The position numbers and the translations under genes are program-made. A DNA stretch of 64,000 nucleotides from Mobula hypostoma (lineage: Eukaryota): contig NC_086107.1 in NCBI RefSeq assembly GCF_963921235.1, forward strand, positions 93,250,001 to 93,314,000, given 5' to 3'. The notes under the pieces are model-generated. The model had not been told where the DNA came from and did no database searches. It saw nothing but the letters and a program-made list of their open reading frames with translations. Of the stretch, positions 25,835-37,789 are shown piece by piece (the stretch's first letter is position 1; every line of letters begins with the position of its first letter).

Positions 25835-27649
25835 AAACGCAAACAACAGGAATTCTGCAGATGCTGGAAATTCAAGCAACACACATCAAAGTTGCTGGTG
25901 AACGCAGCAGGCCAAGCAGCATCTATAGGAAGAGACGCAGTCGACGTTTCAGGCCGAGACCCTTCGTCAGGACTAACTGAAGGAAGAGTGAGTAAGGGAT
26001 TTGAAAGCTGGAGGGGGAGGGGGAGATGCAAAATGATAGGAGAAGACAGGAGGGGGAGGGATGGAGCCGAGAGCTGGACAGGTGATAGGCAGAAGGGGAT
26101 ACGAGAGGATCATGGGACAGGAGGTCCGGGAAGAAAGACGGGGGGGGGTGACCCAGAGGATGGGCAAGAGGTATATTCAGAGGGACAGAGGGAGAAAAAG
26201 GAGAGTGAGAGAAAGAATGTGTGCATAAAAAAGAGTAACAGATGGGGTACGAGGGGGAGGTGGGGCCTAGCGGAAGTTAGAGAAGTCAATGTTCATGCCA
26301 TCAGGTTGGAGGCTACCCATACGGAATATAAGGTGTTGTTCCTCCAACCTGAGTGTGGCTTCATCTTTACAGTAGAGGAGGCCGTGGATAGACATGTCAG
26401 AATGGGAATGGGATGTGGAATTAAAATGTGTGGCCACTGGGAGATCCTGCTTTCTCTGGCGGACAGAGCGTAGATGTTCAGCAAAGCGGTCTCCCAGTCT
26501 GCGTCGGGTCTCACCAATATATAAAAGGCCACATCGGGAGCACCGGACGCAGTATATCACCCCAGTCGACTCACAGGTGAAGTGATGCCTCACCTGGAAG
26601 GACTGTTTGGGGCCCTGAATGGTGGTAAGGGAGGAAGTGTAAGGGCATGTGTAGCACCTGTTCCGCTTACACGGATAAGTGCCAGGAGGGAGATCAGTGG
26701 GGAGGGATGGGGGGGACGAATGGACAAGGGAGTTGTGTAGGGAGCGATCCCTGCGGAATGCAGAGGGGGGGGGAGGGAAAGATATGCTTAGTGGTGGGAT
26801 CCCGTTGGAGGTGGCGTAAGTTACGGAGAATAATATGTTCGACCCGGAGGCTGGTGGGGTGGTAGGTGAGGACCAGGGGAACCCTATTCCTAGTGGGGTG
26901 GTGGGAGGATGGAGTGAGAGCAGATGTACGTGAAATGGGGGAGATGCGTTTAAGAGCAGAGTTGATAGTGGAGGAAGGGAAGCCCTTTTTTTAAAAAATG
27001 AAGACATCTCCCTCATCCTAGAATGAAAAGCCTCATCCTGAGAGCAGATGCGGCGGAGACGGAGGAATTGCGAGAAGGGGATGGCGTTTTTGCAAGAGAC
27101 AGGGTGAGAAGAGGAATAGTCCAGATAGCTGTGAGAGTCAGTAGGCTTATAGTAGACATCAGTGGATAAGCTGTCTCCAGAGACAGAGACAGAAAGATCT
27201 AGAAAGGGGAGGGAGGTGTCGGAAATGGACCAGGTAAACTTGAGGGCAGGGTGAAAGTTGGAGGCAAAGTTAATAAAGTCAACGAGTTCTGCATGCGTGC
27301 AGGAAGCAGCGCCAATGCAGTCATCGATGTAGCGAAGGAAAAGTGGGGGACAGATACCAGAATAGGCATGGAACATAGATTGTTCCACAAACCCAACAAA
27401 AAGGCAGGCATAGCTAGGACCCATACGGGTGCCCATGGCTACACCTTTAGTTTGGAGGAAATGGGAGGAGCAAAAGGAGAAATTATTAAGAGTAAGGACT
27501 AATTCTGCTAGACGGAGCAGAGTGGTGGTAGAGGGGAACTGATTAGGTCTGGAATCCAAAAAGAAGCGTAGAGCTTTGAGACCTTCCTGATGGGGGATGG
27601 AAGTATATAGGGACTGGACATCCATGGTGAAAATAAAGCGGTGGGGGCC
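25835..27649 (-). mobile_element. Young 5'-truncated Penelope-like retroelement (RT plus GIY-YIG endonuclease, 3' terminal repeat)
   Basis: ORF 26267..27742: MDVQSLYTSIP, GVAMGTRMGPSYA, RYIDD, YYKPTD, CNRCYTC-like Zn linker, VIYCVRCSRCGLLYIGET..RFAEH. The first ~31 codons of the ORF are CR1 antisense, not Penelope. Confidence 0.95.
25939..25974 (-). ncRNA. Minimal type I hammerhead ribozyme motif in Penelope terminal repeat
   Basis: Minus strand AGTC-CTGACGA-AGG(GTCTCGG)CCT-GAAA-C-GTC^-GACT: CUGANGA and GAAA core, stem I AGTC/GACT, stem II AGG/CCT, loop-less palindromic ACGT stem III, GUC cleavage triplet. Confidence 0.85.
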
Positions 27650-29628
27650 ACAGAGAGTGGTGGAAGTATGGAATGAGCTGCCAGACGAGGTGATAAATGT
27701 GGGTTCTTTTGTAACATTTAAGAATAATTTGGACAGATACATGGATGGGAGGTGTATGGAGGGATATGGTCCGTGTGCAGGTCAGTGGGACTAGGCAGAA
27801 AATGGTTCGGCACAGCCAAGAAGGGCCAAAAGGCCTATTTCTGTGCTGTAGTTTCTATAGTTTCTATGGTCACGTGACACACTAACCCTATATTATTGCG
27901 TTTTATTTATTTAGAGAGGCAGCATGGTAACAGGCTCTTGCGGCCCAACAAGCTCATGACCCTTGATTGCACCCACGTGACCAATGAATGGGCTTTGGAA
28001 TGTGTGAGGAAGCCAGAGCACCTGGCGGAAACATATGCAGTCACAGCGAGAATGTTTAATCTCCTTACATGCACTCAGCGGCCACTATCTTTGTGTACAT
28101 GTACTTGTTAATACAAATATCTAATCAGCCAATCATGTGGCAGCAGCTCAATGCATAAAAGCATGCAGACATGGTCAAGAGGTTCAGTTGTTGTTCAGAC
28201 CAAACGTCAATGAGGAAGAAATATGATCTGAATGACTGACCATGGAATAATTGGTAGTGCCAGACAGAGTGGCTCTCAGAAGCTGCTGATTTCTTAGAAG
28301 CATAGAAACATAGAAAAACTACAGCAAAAGACAGGCCCTTCAGCCCACAATGCTGTGCTGAACATGTACTTACTTTAGAAATTACCTAGGGTTACCCATA
28401 GCCCCCTATTTTTCTAAGCTCCATGTACCTATCCAGGAGTCTCTTAAAAGACCTTATCGTATCCACCTCCACCACCATCGCCAGCAGCCCATTCCACACA
28501 CTCACCACTCTCTGCATAAAAAATTACCCCTGAGATCTCCTTTGTACCTACTTCTAAGTACCTTAAGACTGTGCCCTCTCGTGATAGCCATTTCAGCCCT
28601 GGGAAAAAACCTCTGACTATCCGTGTGATCAATGCCTCTCATCATCTTATACACCTCTATCAAGTCACCTCTCATCCTCCGTCACTCCAAGGAGAAAAGG
28701 CCAAATTCTCTCAACCTATTCTCATAAGGCATACTCTCCAATCCAGGCAACATCCTTGTAAATCTCCTCTGCACCCTTTCTATAGTTTCCACATCTTTCC
28801 TGTAGTGAGGTGACTAGAACTGAGCATAGTACTCCAAGTGGGGTCTGACCAGGGTCCTATATAGCTGTAACATTACCTCTTGGCTTCACGATTGATGAAG
28901 GCCAATGCACCGTATGCCTTCTTAACCACAGAGTCAATCTGCACAGCAGCTTTTAGTGTCCAATGGACTTGGACACCAAAATCCCTCTGATCCTCCACAC
29001 TGCCAAGTCTTACCATTAATACTATATTCTGCCATCATATTTGACCTACCAAAATGAACCACCTCACACTTATCTGGATTGAACTCCATTTGCCACTTCT
29101 CAGAACAGTTTTGCATCCTATCAATGTCCCATTGTAACCTCTGACAGCCCTCCACACTATCCACAGCACCCCCAACTTTTATGTCATTAGCAAATTTACT
29201 GATCCATCCCTCCACATCCTCATCCAGGTCATTTATAAAAATCACGAAGAGAAGGGGTCCCAGAACAGATCCCTGAGGCACACCACTGGTCACCAACCTC
29301 CATGCAGAATATGACCCATTTACCACTACTCTTTGCCTTCTGTGGGAAAGCCAATTCTGGCTCCACAAAGCAAGGCCCCCTTGGGTCCCATGTCTCCTTA
29401 CTTTCTCAATAAGCCTTATCAAAAGCCTTATTGAAATCCATATACACTATATCTATTGCTCTTCCTTCATCAATGTGTTTAGTCACATTCTCAAAAAATT
29501 CAATCAGGCTCACAAGGCGTGACTTGCCTTTGATAAAGCCATGCTGACTATTCCTAATCATATTATGCCTCTCCAAATGTTCATAATTCCTGCCTCTCAA
29601 GATCTTCTCCATCAACTTACCAACCACT

Positions 29629-30589
29629 TGTCATGGTCCAGTCCGTGAAGTCCGCATTCCAGTTCACGGTCCGGTCCATCGAACTGTATTCCAGGTTCTC
29701 TGGTTTTCCCTTGTCCTGTTGTGTGTGTTAATTGAGGCTCATGAGTCTCATTTTGGGCTAGCTACATAAACAGCTCCTGGGTTCAGCTTCAGCTGTTGGA
29801 CTGTTCCCTTCCGTTTCCTTCTGTAGCCCCTGTCTGAAGCCTCGCCTGCAACCTCGCCTATTCTCGCTGTCAAGTTCAACCACCGGAGCAATACCAGAGC
29901 CTTGTTGTGTCTAGATAAGGAACTGTCTATCGTTGTTTGGAACTATCTCTTTGTGTCCTTGCCTTTGCTAGGCAGGTCCGGCCGTTTGCCACTACCTTGT
30001 GTGAGAACCGTCTCGTTGTGTTCAGCATTCTGTGTATGAGTCTCAGCCCTACATCCTGTTCCCAAAGAGGGGTCCTGGCTCTGTGTTCTGTGTATGAGTC
30101 CTGGCCCTATGTCCTGTTCCCAAGGAGGAGCCCCAGCTCTCTGTTCTGCGTTCCTGTCTCCCAAGACCATGGCTCTTTGTTCTGCATTCCTGTCTCCCAA
30201 AACCAAGGCTCTGTGTTCTGTGTTCCAGTTCTGGTCCCGCATCCTGCCCAGAAGTCCCGTGACCAGCCGTCACATCCAGTCCTGTTGCCTTGCCATATCT
30301 TGTCCTCGCCTAGATCCGGAGTCCGAGCCCAAGTCAAGACCCAGGTTCTGGGTCCCTGTCCAGTCTCTGGCTCGGAGTCCTTGCCCAGGTTCCAATTTCC
30401 TTGTTCCTCGTCCAGGTCCCGCTTTCCTAGTCTAGTCCCTGTATCCTAGTCTTGTTCAGGGCCTGTGTCTTGTCCAGCGTCGTTTCTTCCCCATTTCCCT
30501 TGCTTTCTTGACACACCTAGTCCTGTTCCTAGTGCTTCAGTGTCTGTGTCTTGCATCTGGGTCTGCCACCAGCGCCCCCAGCTATGACA
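29629..30589. mobile_element. Solo LTR (961 bp)
   Basis: TGTCAT...ATGACA inverted termini; perfect 5-bp TSD CCACT at 29624-29628 and 30590-30594; interrupts the CR1 RT. Confidence 0.9.
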
Positions 30590-31077
30590 CCACTGAAGTA
30601 AGACTCACTGGTCTATAATTGCTTGGGCTATTTCTACTCCCTTTCTTGAATAAGGAAACAACATCTGCAACCCTCAAATCCTCCAGAACCTCCCCCGTCC
30701 CCATTCATGATGCGAAGATCATTGCCAGAGGCTCAGCAATCTCCTCCCTCACCTCCCACAATAGCCTGGGATACATCTCATTCGGTCCCAGAGACTTATC
30801 CAGCTTGATGCTTTCCAAAGGCTCCAGCACATCCTCTTTCTTAATGTCTATGTGCCCAAGCTTTTCAATCCACTGTAAGTCATCCCTACAATTGTCAAGA
30901 TCCTTTTCCATAGTGAATACTGAAGCAAAGTATTCATTAAATACCTCTGCTATCTCCTCCGGTTCCATACACACTTCCCCACTGTCACACTTCATTGGTC
31001 CTATTCTCTCACGTCTTATCCTCTTGCTCTTCACATACTTATAGAATGCCTTGGGGTCTTCTTTAATCCTACTTGCC

Positions 31078-31415
31078 GGTCTGGCTGGTGGCACAATGAC
31101 ATCGGTGCCGGACCCAGGAGCGGAGGTTCCCGGGTTCGAGACTAGTCGGGTCCGCTCCTGAGTACGTTTTCCATCCATGCCAGGCTGAGTTTCGAGATCG
31201 CAACTCAACCTCGTAAAATAAATGGAAAGATACTGCAAAGGTGTCTGTGTGAGGAGTGGCGTGCCACACGGTCTCTCTCTCTTGCTCTGCTTCTTGTAAA
31301 AAGCCATGAAAAAGACATCATCACCAACGCACACACGCACACAGACAGTCAGGCATGCACATGCACAGACTAGAATGCACGTAGGCACACGGCAAAAAAA
31401 AAATTTTTTTTTAAA
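31078..31415 (+). mobile_element. tRNA-derived SINE
   Basis: A-box-like TGGCACAATG, B-box GGGTTCGAGAC, A/T-rich tail; 14-bp TSD TAATCCTACTTGCC at 31064-31077 and 31416-31429. Confidence 0.9.
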
Positions 31416-34320
31416 TAATCCTACTTGCCAAGGCCTTCTCATGGTCCCTTCTGGCTCTCCTAATTTCGTTTTTAAGCTCCTTCCTGCTAGCCTTATAATC
31501 CTCTAGATCTCTATCATTACCTAGTTTTTTGAACCTTTCGTAAGCTTTTTAACAGCCTTTCTACTCTATAGTTCCTGTACCCTACCATCCTTTCCCTGTC
31601 TCATTGGAACGTATCTATGCAACACTTGCCACATTTCTGTCATACATTTCCCTGAGAACATCTGTTTCCAATTTATTCTTCCAAGTTCCTGCCCCATAAC
31701 TTCAAACTTCCCCTTACTCGAATTAAATGCTTTCATAACTTGTCTGTTCCTATCCCTTTCCAATGCTATGGTAAAGGAGATAGAATGGTGATCACTATCT
31801 CCAAAATGCTCTTCCACTAAGAGACCTGACACCTGACCAGGTTCATTTCCCAATACCAGATCAAGTACAGCCTCTCCTCTTGTAGGCTTACCTACATATC
31901 GTGTCAGGAAACTCACCTAACAAACTCCACCCTATCTAAACCCTTTGCTCTAGGGAGATACCAATCAATACTTCGGAAATTAAAATCTCCCACCTGTTAT
32001 TATTACACTTTTCCAGAATCTTTCTCCCTATCTGCTCCTCGATGCTCCTGTTATTATTGGGCGGTCTATAAACAACACCCAGTAGAGTTATTGACCCCTT
32101 CCTGTTTCTAACTTCCACCTACAGAGACTCAGTAGACAATCCCTTCATGACTTCCTCCTTTATTGTAGCCGTAACACTATCTCTGATCAGCAGAGCCACG
32201 CATCCACCTGTTTTGCTTCCCTCCCTGTCCTTTCTGAAACACTTTAAGTAGCCATTGCTACCCCTGAGCCATCCAAGTCTCTGTAATGGCCACAACATCA
32301 TAGCTCCAACTACTGATCCACACTCTAAGCTTACCTGTCCTGTTCATGATGTTTCTTGCATTAAAATAGACACATCTCAAACCATCGATTTGGGCGTATC
32401 CTTTCTCTATCACCTGCCTATCCTCCCTCTCGTATTGTCCCCAGGCTTTCTCTATATGTGACCCAACTGCCCCTTCCTCCGTCTCTTCAGTTCAGTTCCT
32501 ACCTCCCAGCAATTCTAGTTTAAGCTCTCCCCAACAGCCTTAGCAAACCTCCCTGCCAGGATATTGGTCCCCCTCGGATTTAAGTGCAACCTGTCCTTTA
32601 TGTACAGGTCACGCCTGTCCCAAAAGAGGTCCCAATGATCCAGAAATCTGAATCCCTGTCCCCTGCTCCAATCCCTCAGCCACGCATTTATCCTCCACCT
32701 CACTCTATACTCACTGTTGTGTGGCACAGGCAGTAATCCTGAGATTACTACCTTTGAGGTCCTGCTTCTCAACTTCCTTCCTAACTCCCTGTAGTCTGCT
32801 TTCAGGACCTCCTCCCTTTTCCTACCTATGTCGTTGGTACCAATATGTACCACGACCTCTGGCTATTCACCTTCCCACTTCAGGATACCATGGATGCGAT
32901 TAGAAACATCCTAGACCCTGACACCTGGGAGGCAAACTACCATCCGTGCTTCTTTCTTGTGTCTACAGAATTGCCTGTCTGACCCCTAAACTGCCTTCTC
33001 CCTTTCCCTACCCTTCTGAGCCAAAGGGCCAGACCCTGTGCCAGAGGCATGGCCACTATTTCTTCCCCCAGGTAGGCCATCCCCCCAACAGTACTCAAAC
33101 AGAATACTTAGATTTCCTGAGATTTTCACGCACAACAGACAAAAAAAGACATCCAGTGAGCAGCAGTTCTGTGAGCGAAATGAGAGAGGTCAGAGGAGAA
33201 TGGTCAGACTGGTTCAAGCTGACAGGAAGGTGACAGTAACTCAAATAGCCACATATACCGAAGAGCATCTCTGAATGCACAATACGCCAAACCTTGAAGT
33301 GGATGGGCTACAGCAGCAGAAGACCATGAACTTATGGCCTGAGATAACTTTATTAGGTGCAAGAAGTATCTGAAGTGACCACTGACTGTAAGTCAACAAA
33401 ATGTAACATAAGACAAAAAGGCAGAAGACCCTTCAGCCCTTCATAGCTGCTTCACCATTCAACAACATGCACAAAATGCTGGAGGAACTCAGCAGACCAG
33501 GCAGCATCTATGGCAAAACGTACAGCCAACGTTTTGGGCTAAAACCCTTTGGCAGGCTTCACTATTCAGTGAGAGTGTGGTTAAGGTTTGGTCAGTTTCC
33601 CTGATTAATCCAGTATGGATTCCCCTAACATGGGAACATGTACTAATCTTATCCCTAAGTTCTCCAACTGATGTAAAAAAATTCCAAAGATTCGCTTATT
33701 TCTGTGTGAAGAAATTTTCCTCATCTTCTTCCTTGTGCTAAACACCACACTACCGCACTAGAGCTACTGCATCAGTTAAAAATGCTTTGGGGATACCCTG
33801 AGGTTCCAAAAGGCATGATAAAAATGCAAAAACTTGCTCCCTGCTACTAGAAAAGATTCTGAAGCAATCACTCAGCACAACTGTCATTTCCCAAATGACC
33901 CAAGCTGTGACTCTTATCATTGTGTTCCTTGGAACAATCATCTGCCTACCAAAGTCTGGCTTTCAGAATGCCTGAGCTTATTTCTGGCTGTTTGTGATCC
34001 AATGTGACTACTTATCTCTTCTCACACTCCTTTTAGTAATCTTCAATTACTCAACCACGGCATTGGTAGACAGGAAGAATGAATTAGCAAGCCCTGAGCA
34101 AACAAAGGAAGGCTGGAGATCAGAGGAATGGTTTCTCCCACAGAACAGAGCCTAATTGAGTGTAGAGTGAATCTTGTGGTCAGCTGAGCTGAATACTGGG
34201 TGTACATGAGGTTCAAGCCCCACGCCCGATCCTGGAACTAGGAAGAGGGCAGAGTCACAAAGACGAAACAGTTGACGATGCATGTTGATATAAAAAACTC
34301 ATTAAAGATTCTTTCAAGTG

Positions 34321-34822
34321 CAGTACTGTGCAAAAGTTTGAGGCACAAGTATATGGCTAATGCTTCTGCACAGTACTTTGGTAATTTTATGGTATTCACT
34401 GTACTGATACTGAGTGATGATAAAGCTGATTCTGATATGGGTCTCTACTGTGGGCCAAGAGTGGGAAGGAGGCAGGGAGAGGGGAATCACGGTTGGGAAA
34501 AGGGGAAGGGAGAAGGGTGGGAGTGGGAAGCACCAGAGAGACATTCTGTAATGATCAATAGACGAATTGTTAATCAAGTGACCTTGCTGGTGACTCAGTG
34601 CTAAATGTGTCTGCGCCCAAGCCAAACCCACCCCTAGCACTCCTTCTCTGCCACCTGTCCCACACCCTTCCCGCAGTGCTTCACCTTCACCGTTCCCAAC
34701 ATTCTTTGCTCCCGCCAGATTTACAAACTTGCTCTCCGCTCCACGTTGACAAATACAGTGCTGTGCAAAAACCTTATGCACTCTAGCTATATATATCTAC
34801 CGAAGACTTTTGTACAGTACTG
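34321..34822 (+). mobile_element. Composite Tc1/mariner-type MITE: two mini-MITEs flanking cargo
   Basis: Mini-MITEs at 34321-34377 and 34756-34822, each with CAGT(A/G)CTGTGCAAAA-type inverted ends; TA flanks the second on both sides. Confidence 0.75.
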
Positions 34823-35773
34823 TACTTGGAGTAGTTGGAGAGGTTGAACAATTTCTTCCCTAGAGTGTCAGAGGTTGATAGGAATTTTGAAAATAAAATT
34901 ATGGGAGGCAGAGATAGGGTGGACCCTCGGTGTCATTCCCAGGGTAGAAATATCTCTGTGGCAGGGTGGAGTCACATCTCTACCAAAGGAGGTGTAAGCG
35001 CTCCTTCCCTGTGCTAGCCTGCAGGTTACCTTTGGGCAAGGTGTAGCACCTGCTAAGCCCCGATCAGGTCATGTAAAGCCATTGAAACAGATAGTGGATG
35101 GTCATATGAGCAGCTGGTGCATATCACAAGTCCTGATTATGCGACCACTGACACCAGATAGATAATCTCTGAAGAGTATTGACGATGGCTGGGGTCACCT
35201 GTCTTGTAAAAGACACTGCCCAGAAGGCGGCAATGGCAAGCCACTCTGTAGAAAAGTTTGCTAGGAAAAACCGTGGACACCATGATTGCCCACGTCATAC
35301 GACACAGCACATAGTGATGATGATGAGAAAGGTCTGATACTAGCGGGAATGCATTCAGGATGAGAGGAGGACAGTATAAAGGAAATGTCTGGGGCAGTCT
35401 TTTTATACAGAGTAGTAGGTGCCTGAAACGTCTTACCAGGAATGGTGGCGAAGGCAGATACAGTATGACAGAGGTGTTTAAGAGTCTTTTAGACAAGAGT
35501 ATGAATCAGCAGAAAATGGAGGCGTGTGCAGGCAGAAATGATTGGTTTAATTATGTATCATTGGTCTAATTAGTTTGGCACAATGTTCTGGGCCAACGGG
35601 CCTGTTCCTATGCTGGACTGTTCTGTATTCTACATTCTATATTCTGTGTTCTGTGTTCCGTGTTCTGTGTTCTGTGTTGTAAGTTCTATGTTCTAGGATG
35701 GATTTCAACTCACTTCTCCACCTAGGTCTCAGGATAACTGTTCCAGTGACCATGGGACTGAACCACTTGTGCG

Positions 35774-36590
35774 CTATGTTTCCTCTAAGCTGTGCGCATG
35801 TGCGCGCGCACACGTTTTTCAACCAGCGCACAAAGGAAGTTAATGTGCGCACAAAAGGTTAGTTACCTAAAATAATGTAGTAATTAATAATTATACTTAT
35901 TGAAAATAACCTCTTAGCTAAATATTTCTGTTAACTAGTTAGTCGGTTTTTCAAATACCACAATGCACGTCACTAATTTACGATACCTCACCTTTCCTGT
36001 TCCGGTTTGTACAGCTGCATCACGGCAGCAGCCATCTTTGGCAGGCAGTGTTCATATCATAAAGTTTACAAAGATCTGTTTCAAATCCTGGAAATAGCTT
36101 ACTAAGTTTTTATTGAAAAAAATATTCATTCACTTTGTCAAATTCAAAAGAAGCAAAGGGCATGAAGTGCAAAAGAACTGCAAATTTGTTTAAAGTTGAA
36201 TGGCTTAACAAAATAATAGAAACAGCTACACCAAAAGCTCATGAGGTCGAGAATGTTCAGCTGTGAGAAATATTTATGCATGATTTGGAAACTGGAGTTA
36301 TCTGTTTGTATTGTCAGGCTATCAATTGGATGGAAGATCTGTTAGTCCAGATAGAGTTTACAAAGAATGGGTAAATGCCAAAGACAGGAGAGAGAAAAAA
36401 TAACTGAGTGACTTAAGTATGTATGTTATTTTGTTGTCATTCTGTGTAGTTTTTTGTCAAATGTTTTGTAAACCTACAGAAACTGTGCCATGTTTGCATT
36501 CAGTGCGTACATACTTTTGTCACAGGGAAAACATTTGCACAACGTAAGATTTTTGCGCACACTGACGACTGAAAATTAGAGTGAACATTG
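35774..36590 (+). mobile_element. Internally deleted hAT DNA transposon
   Basis: Imperfect TIRs CTATGTTTCCTCTAA / TTAGAGTGAACATTG; 8-bp TSD CTTGTGCG / CTTGTGAG; transposase N-terminal remnant (..KRTANLFKVEWL..GVICLYC) at about 36135-36320. Confidence 0.85.
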
Positions 36591-36599
36591 CTTGTGAGG

Positions 36600-36962
36600 T
36601 CCCAAACTCCCAGCTGAAGGGAGGTCAGTGAACCCCTGGTGGGCAAAGGAAACGCTTCAAAGATAACATCAAAATGAGCCTGAAGAATATGAGCATTACA
36701 TCTAAAAACTGGAAAGACATTGCACTCAATCGATGCACCTGAAGGGAATCAGTTCAAGGTGGAGCTGTGCTACATGAAAGCGACTTGCGCTGTGATGCAG
36801 AGAACACGTGGCTGCTACAAAAGGAGCGGCTGAACAACCAACAGACCCAACCACTAACCACAGCTGCTGCTTACTCTCACCCACCCTGCGAGATCACCGA
36901 TCGGCATCTACCGCCAGAGGACCCAGAAATGGATAAATAGAACACCATACTCAACTCGAGCA
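36600..36962 (+). mobile_element. RTE-clade LINE 3' fragment
   Basis: Encodes SQLKGGQ*TPGGQRKRFKDNIKMSLKN..WKDIALNRCT*R, the characteristic RTE C-terminus. Confidence 0.75.
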
Positions 36963-37451
36963 CTTCAGCTTGAGGTGAAACATAAAATTCTACAGAGGTC
37001 TCTCGGGGTAAATGCTGAAACAAAGTTTCCAAAAGGAGGCAACTTGGAATGAGGATGTGATTTCAAAGTACTATGGGGAAATTTTCCCCGCACTAGGACC
37101 CTGTGGGAATACCGTATACTGCATCTTCCTCCACAAACACAATGGCAATAGAGCAGCATGATAATACTGCATTACTGATTATGTACGACACTGCAGTGTG
37201 TGATTGTTATTTTAAACAACCAAGAAATAGAACATGAGGGAATCAGCTGGCAAGCCCAATTGTTGAGGTTTCTCATTTTAGATGGATTTACATTTCTGTG
37301 GCAGTTAGCTGTGTGCTTTTCCTGGCTAACCTCATACCATGATGCCAGCTAGGCTTTGTAAGAGTAAAGTGCCCCTTCCCAAAGGTGGCAGGGAGACTCA
37401 GCGAACTGGTCAGCTGTCGGATCCATCACACAGTCATATCCTCAGGCACAT

Positions 37452-37455
<4 letters not shown>

Positions 37456-37507
<52 letters not shown>
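37456..37507. repeat. (CA)n microsatellite
   Basis: About 26 uninterrupted AC units. Confidence 0.98.
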
Positions 37508-37510
<3 letters not shown>

Positions 37511-37625
37511 TCTCTATTAGCCCCATGAGTAAACCTGATTGCTCCCTCATACCTCAATATTTAATAGGCTTCAGTGAGATACCCCCTCAATCTTCTAAAC
37601 TCCAGTGAGTACAGGCCTGCAGGGT

Positions 37626-37789
<164 letters not shown>

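Larger units (their letters stand above)
25483..27868 (+). mobile_element. 5'-truncated CR1 (25483-25830 and 27650-27868) interrupted by a Penelope element
   Basis: ORF 25465..25836 LQRDLDQLKKWAEKWQIEFNTDKC..RPNLEYC; resumes QRVVEVWNELP; GTTTCTAT tail. Confidence 0.9.
24630..27879 (+). mobile_element. Solo LTR (24630-~25482 plus 27868-27879), split near its 3' end by a CR1+Penelope insertion
   Basis: Starts TGTGAC; TATA-like GGTATATAA at about 24777; AATAAA at about 25429; terminal GGTCACGTGACA follows the CR1 tail; flanks AACT / CACT form an imperfect 4-bp TSD. Confidence 0.65.
28299..33108 (-). mobile_element. Near full-length degraded CR1 LINE carrying a solo LTR and a SINE
   Basis: ORF1 VHIGTNDIGRK (32515..32853); endonuclease GVVYRPP, LDLVL, SDH; RT SGVPQGSVLGP (28934..29422); CATAGAAA tail. 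Confidence 0.95.
28072..33390 (+). mobile_element. Tc1 derivative split by CR1 (halves about 28072-28297 and 33110-33390)
   Basis: Left half ends GCTGCTGATTTCTTAGA; right half resumes GATTTCCTGAGATTTTCACGCACAAC, continuing the family sequence seen at 1416, 7012 and 43231. Confidence 0.75.

Noticed and set aside
29937..30449. 170-aa and overlapping ORFs
   Set aside because: They lie within a solo LTR with internal short tandem repeats and show no protein motifs.
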